A stretch of DNA of 64,000 bases, taken from NCBI GenBank assembly GCA_046861385.1, contig JBHHTW010000002.1, positions 1-64,000 of the forward strand. The letters run 5' to 3'. The notes under the pieces are model-generated. The model was not told the DNA's origin, searched no databases, and saw only the letters and a list, made by a program, of their open reading frames with translations. Source of the DNA: Fidelibacterota bacterium (GTDB lineage: Bacteria; Fidelibacterota; Marinisomatia; Marinisomatales; TCS55). Shown here one piece after another: positions 1-9,971 of this stretch (position 1 is its first letter; every line of letters begins with the position of its first letter). Made by a program: the position numbers and the translations under genes.

Positions 1-35
1 TCACCAGTTACCGCTCACAATTCACCTGTTACCAT
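1..35. repeat. Degenerate 7-bp tandem repeat directly 3' of feoB (may continue off-window)
   Basis: tcaccag ttaccgc tcacaat tcacctg ttaccat: five consecutive 7-mers of form TYACMnn. Confidence 0.6.
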
Positions 36-2173
36 CAACCGTATCCCAGTATCTTTCCGCCCTGGTAGACCAATAATGATGCACAATACGCGAGTGTATT
101 CATGTATACTATCATAAAAAAAGGCCATTTCCAGGAATTTGTTTCGTTTCGGACAATAGCAAACGTTGCCATACATTGTGCTGCGAAAACAAAAAAGACC
201 ATAAGTGAAAGAGCCATCAAGGGGGTATAAAGAGGTTTTCCTGTTTCGGGATCCCTGTCATTCTGCATGGCGTCTTTTAATACAATAACTTCGTCTCCAT
301 CCGATTCTACATTATAAATGGTCGCCAAAGTACTGACCAGCACTTCTCGGGCAGCAAAAGAAGTAATCAGACCAATTCCTATTTTCCAATCAAATCCAAG
401 AGGTTTTATTATCGGTTCAATAGCATGACCGATTTTTCCAACATAACTGTCTTTAATTGAATTCGTTGATGTTTCATCTACGGACGGAAAAGAAGCGAGG
501 AACCATAAGATGATTGAAATGGACATAATTATTTTCCCGGCGTTTACAATAAATATTTTCCCGCGATTAAATACGTTCCTGAAAACAGACCTCCACAAAG
601 GTGTCCGATAGGGGGGGAGCTCCATCACAAAAGAGGATTTTCCTTTTGCTTTTATAAAAATGCTGAATATTTTTGCCAGAACGAATGCAGTCGCAGTTCC
701 TAAAAAGTACATGATTACCAGAGTCAATCCCTGCATATTCAAAAAACCAAATAGGGTAGTCGCAGGAATAAAAGCGCCTATCATTAGTGTATATACAGGT
801 AGGCGGGCACTACAGCTCATTAGCGGCAATATTAGGATAGTAATCATTCGCTCTTTCCAACTATCAATAGTCCTTGTTGACATAATACCTGGAATTGCGC
901 AAGCGTATCCACTCATGAGAGGAAGGACCGATCGACCATGCAATCCTAATTTTGTCATAAATCGATCCATCATGAACGCCACTCTTGTCATGTAACCTGA
1001 GTCTTCTAATACTGTCATAAAAAATATAAGTATGAGAATTTGCGGGAGGAAAACAAGAATAGCGCCAACACCGGCGATAATACCTTCAACGATTAAATTT
1101 CTTAACATTCCCTCTGATATAAGACTTAATACTTCTGATCCTATCCATCCGACTCCGGAATTGATCCAGGCCATTGGGGCTGAGGCCCAAGTAAAAATGG
1201 ATTGAAAAATGAAGTACAGTACCAATAAAAAAATGAACGGACCGAATAAAGAGTGGGTTAATAATTTGTCAATTTTTTCACTTCGAGTTATTTCTGAAAG
1301 GTTTGTATTAACGATGATTTTTGCGTCTGAGAGTATTTTGTCCAGCCACTGATAACGCAATGTCGCTTCCAAAATGCGGTGTTTTACTCCTAAACTTTCA
1401 AATTTTTCCACCGCCTTTTCCCGGGTGGATTTTATATTTTTTATAAATGTTCCATTGACCGAAAATCCGGTTCCCACTAGTGACTCATAAATATCAATCG
1501 TAGAATGACGCGTAAGTATTCGTAACGATTGTGCTGTTGCAAAACGATCATTGTAAGAGAAATTTTTACACAATATGTCTTTCAAGGGTTTAAGAATTTG
1601 TAAATATTCTTTCCTAATGGGTATGGGGAATTCACCATTGACGACGTAATCGTAGTGCATCGATTTATGTATTGATTCCAGTAGCTCATTTATGCCCCAT
1701 TGTTTGATCGCAGACATGGGAACAATTGCAGCTACACCCAGTTTCATCGCCAATCGATTTGTATCTATTTTCTGATCAGCACTTACAAGATCCATCATAT
1801 TCAGAGCAACGACAACCGGTATCCCTAAATCTACCAATTGAGTGGTTAAATACAAATTTCTGCTCAAATTGGTTGCATCGACCACTGAAACAATTACACT
1901 GGGAGTATTATTACCATGGATCCATTGGAGTACTTGTTCAGTGACGATTCGTTCATCCATTGATTCTGGCGTTAAGCTGTAAGTTCCAGGGAGATCCAGA
2001 AGATTAAAGGTTTTTCCATCGACGAATTGTGCTTTCCCGATTTTTTTCTCGATTGTTATTCCTGGATAATTTGAAACTTTTTGATTCAGCCCGGTTAATA
2101 AATTGAAAATAGCTGTTTTACCACAATTTGGATTCCCAATTAATGCTGCCCAGTTTTGATCTACTTTATTCAT
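35..2173 (-). CDS. feoB: Ferrous iron transporter FeoB
   Basis: GNPNCGKT P-loop, NYPGITIE, DLPGTYSL, NMMD G4 motif, multi-TM gate region with CSARLP. Confidence 0.97.
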   Translation of the reverse strand: MNKVDQNWAALIGNPNCGKTAIFNLLTGLNQKVSNYPGITIEKKIGKAQFVDGKTFNLLDLPGTYSLTPESMDERIVTEQVLQWIHGNNTPSVIVSVVDATNLSRNLYLTTQLVDLGIPVVVALNMMDLVSADQKIDTNRLAMKLGVAAIVPMSAIKQWGINELLESIHKSMHYDYVVNGEFPIPIRKEYLQILKPLKDILCKNFSYNDRFATAQSLRILTRHSTIDIYESLVGTGFSVNGTFIKNIKSTREKAVEKFESLGVKHRILEATLRYQWLDKILSDAKIIVNTNLSEITRSEKIDKLLTHSLFGPFIFLLVLYFIFQSIFTWASAPMAWINSGVGWIGSEVLSLISEGMLRNLIVEGIIAGVGAILVFLPQILILIFFMTVLEDSGYMTRVAFMMDRFMTKLGLHGRSVLPLMSGYACAIPGIMSTRTIDSWKERMITILILPLMSCSARLPVYTLMIGAFIPATTLFGFLNMQGLTLVIMYFLGTATAFVLAKIFSIFIKAKGKSSFVMELPPYRTPLWRSVFRNVFNRGKIFIVNAGKIIMSISIILWFLASFPSVDETSTNSIKDSYVGKIGHAIEPIIKPLGFDWKIGIGLITSFAAREVLVSTLATIYNVESDGDEVIVLKDAMQNDRDPETGKPLYTPLMALSLMVFFVFAAQCMATFAIVRNETNSWKWPFFMIVYMNTLAYCASLLVYQGGKILGYG

Positions 2174-2391
2174 ATTTTTACCAGAATAAAATGAGCATCT
2201 TCCTGCCGGACTGATACGTGATAATTGCGAACTTTTATTTCAATGGGACCCCTGAGTGGTGCGGTTTTTATGCGGCGAATTTGGATTCCCGGCATAATTC
2301 CCATTTCAACCAGGCGCGACTGTAATTCGGTTTCCCCTAAAAACGATTGAACTGTAACGATTTTTCCGTCTTCTAAATCAAATAGGGTCAT
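2170..2391 (-). CDS. feoA: Ferrous iron transport protein FeoA
   Basis: RLVEMGIMPG...APLRGPIEIKVR motif; ATG at 2391 overlaps the fur stop (ATGA). Confidence 0.93.
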   Translation of the reverse strand: MTLFDLEDGKIVTVQSFLGETELQSRLVEMGIMPGIQIRRIKTAPLRGPIEIKVRNYHVSVRQEDAHFILVKI

Positions 2392-2813
2392 TGACAATCT
2401 TTGCATATTCCAAACAGTTGATGAGCATGATTTACGAGCTCAAAGCCATGGGCTTCTGCAATTTTAACTTGAGTCGCTTCGATTTCGACGTCCATGAACT
2501 CTTCAATTTTTTCACACTGAATGCAAATAATATGATCATGATGGTCGGGATCGGTTTTATGCTCAAATTTGCTGGAGCCAAAACCAACATTCAATTTCCG
2601 AACCATATTGTTTTTTACCAATACATCAATCGTTCTGTAAACAGTGGCCCTCGAAACGGAAAAGCCATTTTTCCGAAGAGCAATATAAATGTCCTCTGCA
2701 TCCCGGTGATCATCATTGGAAAGTATTTCATTCCAAACTGCTTCACGCTGATGGGTAAAACGTAATCCCTCATGGGCAAGGGCTGATCTTAATTTGTCCA
2801 AGTTTTTCAACAA
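2388..2813 (-). CDS. fur: Fur family transcriptional regulator
   Basis: T.QR, ATVYRT helix, HHDHIIC..C and C..C zinc sites; upstream of feoAB; TTG start. Confidence 0.92.
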   Translation of the reverse strand: MLKNLDKLRSALAHEGLRFTHQREAVWNEILSNDDHRDAEDIYIALRKNGFSVSRATVYRTIDVLVKNNMVRKLNVGFGSSKFEHKTDPDHHDHIICIQCEKIEEFMDVEIEATQVKIAEAHGFELVNHAHQLFGICKDCQ

Positions 2814-2824
2814 AATGTATTCTT

Positions 2825-2843
2825 ATTGAGAATGAGTCTCAAT
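2825..2843. promoter_or_regulatory. Fur box upstream of fur-feoA-feoB
   Basis: ATTGAGA-ATGAG-TCTCAAT has perfect 7-bp arms; its core TGAGAATGAGTCTCA fits the 7-1-7 Fur box TGA(T/G)AATnATT(A/C)TCA with one mismatch; lies 12 nt from the fur start. Confidence 0.85.
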
Positions 2844-2973
2844 GAATATAATGGTATTATTCTTTTGTAAAAAGAAAAAAATTGGGGTAAAAAGAAGTGT
2901 GAAAAATTACTAGGTAAAGAACATTTGTGATTTGACTAAAAATTTATATTTAATCAGATGAGTCCTGTAGGAC

Positions 2974-5142
2974 TTATTTTACTTTTTTTAACTTGGCAAA
3001 TTTTACAATTAATTTTTTCTTAAGACCATCTTTGAAAACCACTCCAACACGCTGATTTTCGCCAGAGCCGCTCAGCGCCATGATTTTGCCCAATCCAAAG
3101 ATAGCGTGCTCAACAACATCACCGACAAGAAAATCATCAAAAACAGTCACAATTCGTTTGACTTCTGTATGGGTTTTTCCTCGAGAAGAACTGATCACTT
3201 TTCGAGTCATTGCAGATGAGAATTTTATTTTCTTTAAATGATCTTCAGGAATTTCTCGTACAAAGCGGGATACCATACCATAATACTGCTCGGAGCCGGC
3301 TCGACGGCGATTGTTTGCGTAAAGCATGAATACTTTCTTTTTCGCCCGGGTCAACCCGACATAGAATAGCCGGCGTTCTTCTTCTAATTCCTTTTTGTCC
3401 TGTAGAGTTAGATACAATGGGAATAATCCATCTTCCATCCCTGTGATAAAAACAACCGGAAATTCCAATCCTTTTGATGAGTGGATGGTCATGAGTGTGA
3501 CTCTGTTTGCTTGATCATTCCAACGATCAATACCGGTCAATAATGAAACTTCTTCAAGAAAATCAGTTAGCATTGCCTCGGGATTTCGAGCCATAAATTC
3601 ATCAACGCTATTTAAGATTTCATTAATATTATTCGACCGTTCAATATCTTCATGAGTTTCCTGTTTTTTATAATATTTTAATATTCCGGTTTCATCCACC
3701 AATGTTCTGACCAGTTCACCGGCATTGAGTTTGTCCAATAGATCTTGGTACTTGCTAACAATATCGTAGAATTTTTTTAATTCATTTGCTTGTTTACCTC
3801 GGATATCCATCTTAGAAGGATCTTCCAGAACATCAAATAACTCTACATTTTCCTCCTCGGCTAATTTTACACATTTATCAACTGTTTTCAGGCCGATACC
3901 TCTTGGGGGAAAATTGATCACACGGCGAAGGGCAATGGTATCTTTTTTATTCACAATTAACTGTAAATAAGCCAGTAAATCTTTTACTTCCTTCCGATCG
4001 TAGAACCGGATGCCGCCAATGATTTTATACGGAATCCCATTTCTACGCAGACTATCCTCCAAAGCTCTGGACTGTGCATTGGTTCGGTATAATACAGCAA
4101 AATGACTAAAAGTTCTTTTACCCATTTTAATTTCTTTTTCCAATATACTGATGAGCGCATCCGCTTCTTCCATTTCATCATTGGTCTCCAGCAGTCCCAG
4201 TTTATCACCGGCTCCATTCATAGCTTTTAGTTCTTTTATTGCTCGTTCTGTATTGTTTTTCACGACGGCGTTGGCTGCATCCAGAATCTGTTGAGTGGAT
4301 CTATAATTTTGTTCCAAACGAAAAACCTGACACCCGGGAAATGATTTTTCAAAGTCCAGGATATTGCGAATATCCGCTCCCCTCCACCCATAAATGGATT
4401 GATCATCATCTCCCACAACAGAAATTCGTCTATATTTAGATGCAATGGCCTTTATAAATAAAAACTGAGGTCGATTTGTATCTTGATATTCATCCACTAA
4501 AACATATTTCCACTTTTCCTGATATTTTAGTAATACTTCAGGAAACTTATCGAATAGTTCTAGTGGAAACAGTAATAAATCATCGAAATCAAGGGCGTTA
4601 TTTTTCTTGAGTTCTTTTTGATAATTTCTATAAATATCTATAATGGTTTTTTCTAAAACTGTCCGAACACCTCTTGCGGCTTCAGATGGATTTGTCAATT
4701 TATTTTTGTAAAAACTTATATTATTGCTCACTGTTTTCGGATCAACTATGGTCCGAGACACATTCATATTATCCATGACCAGTTTAATAAGAGCTACTTG
4801 ATCCTGTTTATCATAAATAGCGAAATCTTGAGAGAAACCTAATCGTTGAATTTCCTTACGCAGTAACCGGGCACAAATGGAATGAAATGTTCCAACCGCT
4901 ATATCTGTTTTTTTATTTTTTAACAGTTCACAAACCCTTTTGGTCATTTCTTCAGCTGCTTTATTTGTAAAGGTAACCGCAAGAATATCTTCTGGTTTAA
5001 ACAAATTATTTTCAATTAAGTAGGCAATTTTATGTGTTAAAACACGCGTTTTACCACTACCTGCTCCGGCAAAAATCAAGACCGGATTTTCCACCGCTTC
5101 TACTGCTTGTCTTTGGATATCATTTAAAGGCTGTTTTGTCAT
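2974..5142 (-). CDS. pcrA: ATP-dependent DNA helicase PcrA/UvrD
   Basis: AGAGSGKT, VDEYQD, GDDDQSIYGWRGA, NYRST, TIHSSKGLEF, EERRLFYVG; C-terminal Tudor-like tail; ATG at 5142 chosen as start. Confidence 0.95.
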   Translation of the reverse strand: MTKQPLNDIQRQAVEAVENPVLIFAGAGSGKTRVLTHKIAYLIENNLFKPEDILAVTFTNKAAEEMTKRVCELLKNKKTDIAVGTFHSICARLLRKEIQRLGFSQDFAIYDKQDQVALIKLVMDNMNVSRTIVDPKTVSNNISFYKNKLTNPSEAARGVRTVLEKTIIDIYRNYQKELKKNNALDFDDLLLFPLELFDKFPEVLLKYQEKWKYVLVDEYQDTNRPQFLFIKAIASKYRRISVVGDDDQSIYGWRGADIRNILDFEKSFPGCQVFRLEQNYRSTQQILDAANAVVKNNTERAIKELKAMNGAGDKLGLLETNDEMEEADALISILEKEIKMGKRTFSHFAVLYRTNAQSRALEDSLRRNGIPYKIIGGIRFYDRKEVKDLLAYLQLIVNKKDTIALRRVINFPPRGIGLKTVDKCVKLAEEENVELFDVLEDPSKMDIRGKQANELKKFYDIVSKYQDLLDKLNAGELVRTLVDETGILKYYKKQETHEDIERSNNINEILNSVDEFMARNPEAMLTDFLEEVSLLTGIDRWNDQANRVTLMTIHSSKGLEFPVVFITGMEDGLFPLYLTLQDKKELEEERRLFYVGLTRAKKKVFMLYANNRRRAGSEQYYGMVSRFVREIPEDHLKKIKFSSAMTRKVISSSRGKTHTEVKRIVTVFDDFLVGDVVEHAIFGLGKIMALSGSGENQRVGVVFKDGLKKKLIVKFAKLKKVK

Positions 5143-5146
5143 AAAA

Positions 5147-6199
5147 TTAGGAATTCGCTTTATTTGTTTTTGCTTTCCGACGAACCTCACGACGGATTTT
5201 TTGAAATTTTTTCTTTGCTATCAAATGTTCTTTTTCGGTCTTGCTGAACTTATGAAAACCATCTCCCCGTGCAACGAAATATAAATATTCGTTTTCATTT
5301 GGATATAATGCAGCCATAATCGATTCTTTGCCAGGGTTATTGATTGGGCCCGGGGGCAATCCTTTATTCAAGTAGGTATTGTAAGGAGATTTAATTTTCA
5401 AATCATTATTTAGCAATCTTCTGGGTCCATCTTTTATGATGTACTGAATCGTTGGGTCTGCCTGGAGTTTCATCCTTTTTTGTAATCGATTATGATATAC
5501 TCCGGAAATGATGGGTCTTTCTTCGTCAAAAAGTGCTTCTCCTTCAATAATGGAAGCAAGCGTAATGACTTCTAATTCTTTTAATCCCAGCTTGCGAGCG
5601 CGGTCTCGAAGTTCATCTGATATAAAACGATGATATTCCTGAACCATTTTTTTAAGAATATTTTCAGGTTTTTCGTTCTCCATGAAATAATAGGTATCTG
5701 GTAATAAAAATCCTTCAAAAGAGTCATGAGCAATATTCCACTTTTTCAATAAGCTTTTTTTTGTACACAATTCTAAAAAGGCGTTTGCATCAGTACCCAG
5801 AACCATTTCGATTTCAGCAGCAATATCATTAATTTTCCATCCTTCCAGCACAGTTAACCGCTTCAAATTCGGAGCTCCGTAAACCAGTTGATGAATAATT
5901 TGATAATTTGATTTCGCGCCGTTTATTGAATATGATCCGGCAGGCAATCGTTTATCGTAGCCCAATGCGCGAACGGCCATCCTGAAAATTCGCTCATTGG
6001 TAATAATCTTCTTTTCTTTTAGGATCCGACTCACATCGGATACAGTGGATCCTTTTGGAATCTGAATCGTTGCTGAACGATATGGACTCTCTTGGGGCCA
6101 ATTTATGATGAGAAATGAAAAAGCCAATACGCTCAAGAATAATATTCCTATTACCGCACCGATCAATCTTTTCCCCGGATTAAATTTATATAATTCCAT
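5147..6199 (-). CDS. mltG: Endolytic transglycosylase MltG (YceG)
   Basis: N-terminal TM, EGFLLPDTY, LASIIEGE, LQADPT, SPYNTY..GLPPGPI. Confidence 0.95.
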   Translation of the reverse strand: MELYKFNPGKRLIGAVIGILFLSVLAFSFLIINWPQESPYRSATIQIPKGSTVSDVSRILKEKKIITNERIFRMAVRALGYDKRLPAGSYSINGAKSNYQIIHQLVYGAPNLKRLTVLEGWKINDIAAEIEMVLGTDANAFLELCTKKSLLKKWNIAHDSFEGFLLPDTYYFMENEKPENILKKMVQEYHRFISDELRDRARKLGLKELEVITLASIIEGEALFDEERPIISGVYHNRLQKRMKLQADPTIQYIIKDGPRRLLNNDLKIKSPYNTYLNKGLPPGPINNPGKESIMAALYPNENEYLYFVARGDGFHKFSKTEKEHLIAKKKFQKIRREVRRKAKTNKANS

Positions 6200-6214
6200 G
6201 ATTTTCGGGGAGCG

Positions 6215-6244
6215 AATTTAAACCATTGAAGTGAAATCTGTCAA
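6215..6244 (-). promoter_or_regulatory. Putative sigma70-type promoter for mltG-pcrA
   Basis: Minus strand TTGACA-N18-TAAATT, about 15 nt before the mltG ATG. Confidence 0.55.
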
Positions 6245-6356
6245 TTTTCTATTCAAGATATTCATATTAAAAATTATTAGGCAGGTTTATGGGTTTATTT
6301 TTTGGTTTTATACATGAGCAAAGGTAAATTTGTCGGCTTTTTGAGAAGGTAAAATT

Positions 6357-7013
6357 ATGATTATCGCAATTGATGGACCAGCCGCTACTGGCAAGAGTAC
6401 AACAGCAAAGTGCGTTGCGCAGAAATTAGGTTTTATTTATTTAGATACAGGTGCAATGTACAGATCTGTTACACTGGCTATTTTAAATGAAGGAATTGAC
6501 ATCAATAATTCAAGCCGACTAAAGGAATTGCTTTCAGGCATCGACATCGATATGAGGATGATGAAAGGAACCATTAAGTTCTATTTAAACGGCAAGGATG
6601 TTTCAAATGAGATTCGAACTCCGAAAATAACGCGTAACGTAAGTGCAGTAAGTGCTCTAAAAGAGGTTAGGCTTGCAATGGTCCAGAATCAACGTAAGCT
6701 CGCAAAAAAAATTGATTGTGTCATAGAAGGGAGAGATATCGGAACCGTTGTTTTTCCTGATGCAGAATTCAAGTTTTTTATGAAAGCTGATTTGCACGTT
6801 CGAGCTGAAAGACGATTAAAAGAACTGCATATGCTTGGTGAAGAGAAATCAATTGAGGAATTAATGAAAGATATTAAACACAGAGATGAATATGACTCAT
6901 CCAGGAATATATCACCATTGAAAAAAGCCGAGGATGCGATCGTAATCGATACAACATTTTTGAGTATTGATGAACAAGTGTCAAGGATAATTGAAATTGT
7001 TAACAATCAATAA
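6357..7013 (+). CDS. cmk: Cytidylate kinase
   Basis: IAIDGPAATGKST, LDTGAMYR, EGRDIGTVVFPDA. Confidence 0.97.
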   Translation: MIIAIDGPAATGKSTTAKCVAQKLGFIYLDTGAMYRSVTLAILNEGIDINNSSRLKELLSGIDIDMRMMKGTIKFYLNGKDVSNEIRTPKITRNVSAVSALKEVRLAMVQNQRKLAKKIDCVIEGRDIGTVVFPDAEFKFFMKADLHVRAERRLKELHMLGEEKSIEELMKDIKHRDEYDSSRNISPLKKAEDAIVIDTTFLSIDEQVSRIIEIVNNQ

Positions 7014-7045
7014 AACATAAACAATAAACAGGAAATATACACAGA

Positions 7046-8956
7046 ATGACTAAAGAAGAATTAACCGTTGAACAGACGTCCGATACCTTGGTAGACGACG
7101 CCAGTGTAGACTCAGTGATCATTGAGGAAACAGCTGATGAAACACCTTCGGTTGAAACAGTATCAAACGGCGACAACACTATTAATTATTTAGACCCTCA
7201 ATTATTAGATAATATTCGTACCGTAAGTAAAGATGAAATTGAAGAAAAGGATAGTGAATTAAAAAATACAGATAACTTAATTATTAAATACGAAAATTCC
7301 CTTTCGGAAATTCAGGAAAATCAAGTGATAAAAGGTCGCGTGATCGGAATGAACGATCATGTCATATTTATTGACATTGGTTTTAAATCTGAAGGTATCA
7401 TTAGTCGAGATGAATTTTCTGAGGATGACTTACCCAATATTGGTGATCAAATTGATATCTTTTTAGAATATCTCGAAGATCGACGGGGAAATATGGTTCT
7501 TTCCAAAGAAAAAGCTGATTTTATGCGCCGTTGGGAAGAATTAAAAGACTTGTTTAACAATGAAACAACATTTTCATGCAAAATCATTCGCAGAATAAAA
7601 GGGGGTATGATTGTAGACCTTGGTACCATTCAAGGTTTTTTACCTGGATCTCAGATTGACGTTCGACCAGTAAAAGATTTTGATAATTTACTAAATACGG
7701 ATATTGACGTCCGGATCGTAAAATTGAATGAAGCACGAAAAAACATTGTTGTTTCTCATAAGATTATCCTTCAGGAAAGTCTTAAAGAGCAGCGCGATGC
7801 TTTATTGAGTGAAATGGAAATTGGTACTGTGTTGGAAGGACGTGTAAAAAATATCACAGATTTTGGAGTCTTTTTGGATCTCGGCGGTGTAGATGGCCTG
7901 CTCCATATAACCGATCTCTCATGGGGACGGGTCAATCATCCTTCGGAAATAGTGAGTCTTGATGAAGCGCTTACTGTAAAAATTATTGATTTCGATAAAG
8001 AAAAACAGCGTGTTTCCCTAGGGCTAAAACAGTTGGCTCCACATCCATGGGAAGATGTTGAAGTAAAATACCCTGTGAATTCCCATGCAAAAGGGAAGAT
8101 AGTCAGTATGACGAATTATGGAGCCTTTGTTGAATTAGAACCGGGAGTTGAAGGTTTAATCCACATATCCGAAATGTCCTGGACCCGGCAGGTTAAAAAT
8201 CCAAATGAGTTATATAAGCTAAATGATGAAGTAGAAACTTTGGTTTTATCCATTGACACAAATGAGCGAAAAATCAGCCTTGGCGTTAAGCAGTTGCAGC
8301 CGGATCCGTGGGATGAAATTGAAGAAAAATATATGGTGGGTACCATTAATAAAGGAACGATTAATAACTTAGCCCAATTCGGAGCATTCGTTGAACTGGA
8401 AGAAGGAATTGACGGACTGATTCATGTCTCTGATCTTTCATGGACAAAAGTAGTAAGGCACCCTAAAGAAGTTGTAGAAAAAGGACAGAAAGTTGAAGTC
8501 CGTATCTTGGAAATATCAAGAGAGAATCGTCGAATTTCTCTTGGATTAAAGCAGGTTTCTGATGATCCATGGCCTGAAATAATTAAATATTATGAAACTG
8601 GTAAAGAAGTAAGTGGTGAAATTATCCGTGTATTGGATAAAGGAATCATTCTGCAGTTGGAAATGGATGTCGAAGGTATTATTCCCTTTGGAAAGAAAAC
8701 GAAGAAAAAACGTAAGGAAATCATGTCGGATTTGAAACCCGGTGCTAAGATATCCGGAAATGTAATGGAAGTAAATCCTGAAGATAAAAAAGTGATTATA
8801 TTTTCTGATTTATTTTCTGAATGGGGTGAAAAATCGACCAAAGATTCTGTAAAGGAATTTTTAGATAGTCAAGAAGAGCCGGCTACAGAAAAAATTGAAA
8901 TGCCAGAGGATCTTCAAACGGAAGAATCAAAAGAAAAAACCGAAGACAAATCCTAA
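7046..8956 (+). CDS. rpsA: 30S ribosomal protein S1
   Basis: Repeated S1 domains (FGVFLDLGGVDGLLHITDLSW, YGAFVELEPGVEGLIHISEMSW); downstream of cmk. Confidence 0.97.
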   Translation: MTKEELTVEQTSDTLVDDASVDSVIIEETADETPSVETVSNGDNTINYLDPQLLDNIRTVSKDEIEEKDSELKNTDNLIIKYENSLSEIQENQVIKGRVIGMNDHVIFIDIGFKSEGIISRDEFSEDDLPNIGDQIDIFLEYLEDRRGNMVLSKEKADFMRRWEELKDLFNNETTFSCKIIRRIKGGMIVDLGTIQGFLPGSQIDVRPVKDFDNLLNTDIDVRIVKLNEARKNIVVSHKIILQESLKEQRDALLSEMEIGTVLEGRVKNITDFGVFLDLGGVDGLLHITDLSWGRVNHPSEIVSLDEALTVKIIDFDKEKQRVSLGLKQLAPHPWEDVEVKYPVNSHAKGKIVSMTNYGAFVELEPGVEGLIHISEMSWTRQVKNPNELYKLNDEVETLVLSIDTNERKISLGVKQLQPDPWDEIEEKYMVGTINKGTINNLAQFGAFVELEEGIDGLIHVSDLSWTKVVRHPKEVVEKGQKVEVRILEISRENRRISLGLKQVSDDPWPEIIKYYETGKEVSGEIIRVLDKGIILQLEMDVEGIIPFGKKTKKKRKEIMSDLKPGAKISGNVMEVNPEDKKVIIFSDLFSEWGEKSTKDSVKEFLDSQEEPATEKIEMPEDLQTEESKEKTEDKS

Positions 8957-8984
8957 CTTCACATCATAGTATATCAATGTAATA

Positions 8985-9971
8985 ATGAATAAAAACAGCC
9001 TGCAAAAATATCTCAATTGGCATTCCGTTGGAACGAGATTGCAGGCAATTGGATTGGCCTTGCTGCTATGGGTTTTTGTAGTCAGTGAAAATGATTATAC
9101 ATTGGTGATGGATATGCCTATTAAAGCTCGAAATTTGAGTGCTCAAAAGGCTCACAAGAAAGAAGTTCCAGAATACGCCCAAGTCCGATTAAAAGGTCCT
9201 GGGCGTGTTCTGTTTAAAACACTTTTGGTAAAAAAATTCCTATCTGATTTTAAATTAGTAATTGATCTTGATCGAATATCTGAAGAGTATGATTTTTATT
9301 TAAACGAGTATTACGAGCGATATCCCCAAAAAGTTGTACTGCCTCCCTCTTATGACCTAGAGTACATAGAAGTCGTATATCCTGATTCAATACATATCAG
9401 TTTAGATGAATATATGGTCAAAACAGTACCTGTAAAATCATTAGTGGTAATAAGTGCGTCTCCCGGATACACATTGGTGGGTTCTCAAACCATTCAACCA
9501 GACTTAATAGAGGTTGCAGGTCCTAGAGAAGTGGTTGAAAAAATGACTTATGTTGAGACCAAAAAAGATACTTTTTTGAATCAGGAAATTGACTTGAATA
9601 CTTCTTTATATATTGATAAAAGAACTCAGCCACTTCTCGAATATTCACACAACACTATTATATTAAAACAGATTATTCAACCTATCAGTGAACGTATCGT
9701 CAGTGAAATTCCCGTAAAAGTCGTGAATGCATTACCTAATTTGAGATTATTTGTCAATCCAACTACAGTCTCTCTGACCATTGTCGGAGGAGTAGACTAT
9801 ATCGCCTCTGTAAATCCTAAAGATATTATCGTTAACCTGGATTTTGCTAAAGATTGGACCGCTGGAAAAAATTATTATGAACCCACCGTTCGAACTCCTG
9901 AAAATATTTTAGAATGGCGGAATTTATCACCTAGAACTCTTGAATTGGTTGTCACGAAGGAACCTAATTGA
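8985..9971 (+). CDS. YbbR/CdaR-like domain membrane protein
   Basis: ALLLWVFV anchor followed by beta-rich repeats (V.L.GP; P..I.V.GP; P..V.L.I.G). Confidence 0.7.
   Translation: MNKNSLQKYLNWHSVGTRLQAIGLALLLWVFVVSENDYTLVMDMPIKARNLSAQKAHKKEVPEYAQVRLKGPGRVLFKTLLVKKFLSDFKLVIDLDRISEEYDFYLNEYYERYPQKVVLPPSYDLEYIEVVYPDSIHISLDEYMVKTVPVKSLVVISASPGYTLVGSQTIQPDLIEVAGPREVVEKMTYVETKKDTFLNQEIDLNTSLYIDKRTQPLLEYSHNTIILKQIIQPISERIVSEIPVKVVNALPNLRLFVNPTTVSLTIVGGVDYIASVNPKDIIVNLDFAKDWTAGKNYYEPTVRTPENILEWRNLSPRTLELVVTKEPN

Noticed and set aside
6-23. Reverse complement resembles the lac operator (AATTGTGAGCGG), suggesting vector contamination
   Set aside because: Only 12 nt match; the second half differs, and the sequence fits the local heptamer periodicity right after the feoB stop.
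2961-2974. Small hairpin AGTCC-TGTA-GGACT at the pcrA stop
   Set aside because: The 5-bp stem has no U-tract on the pcrA strand; too weak to call as a terminator or REP.
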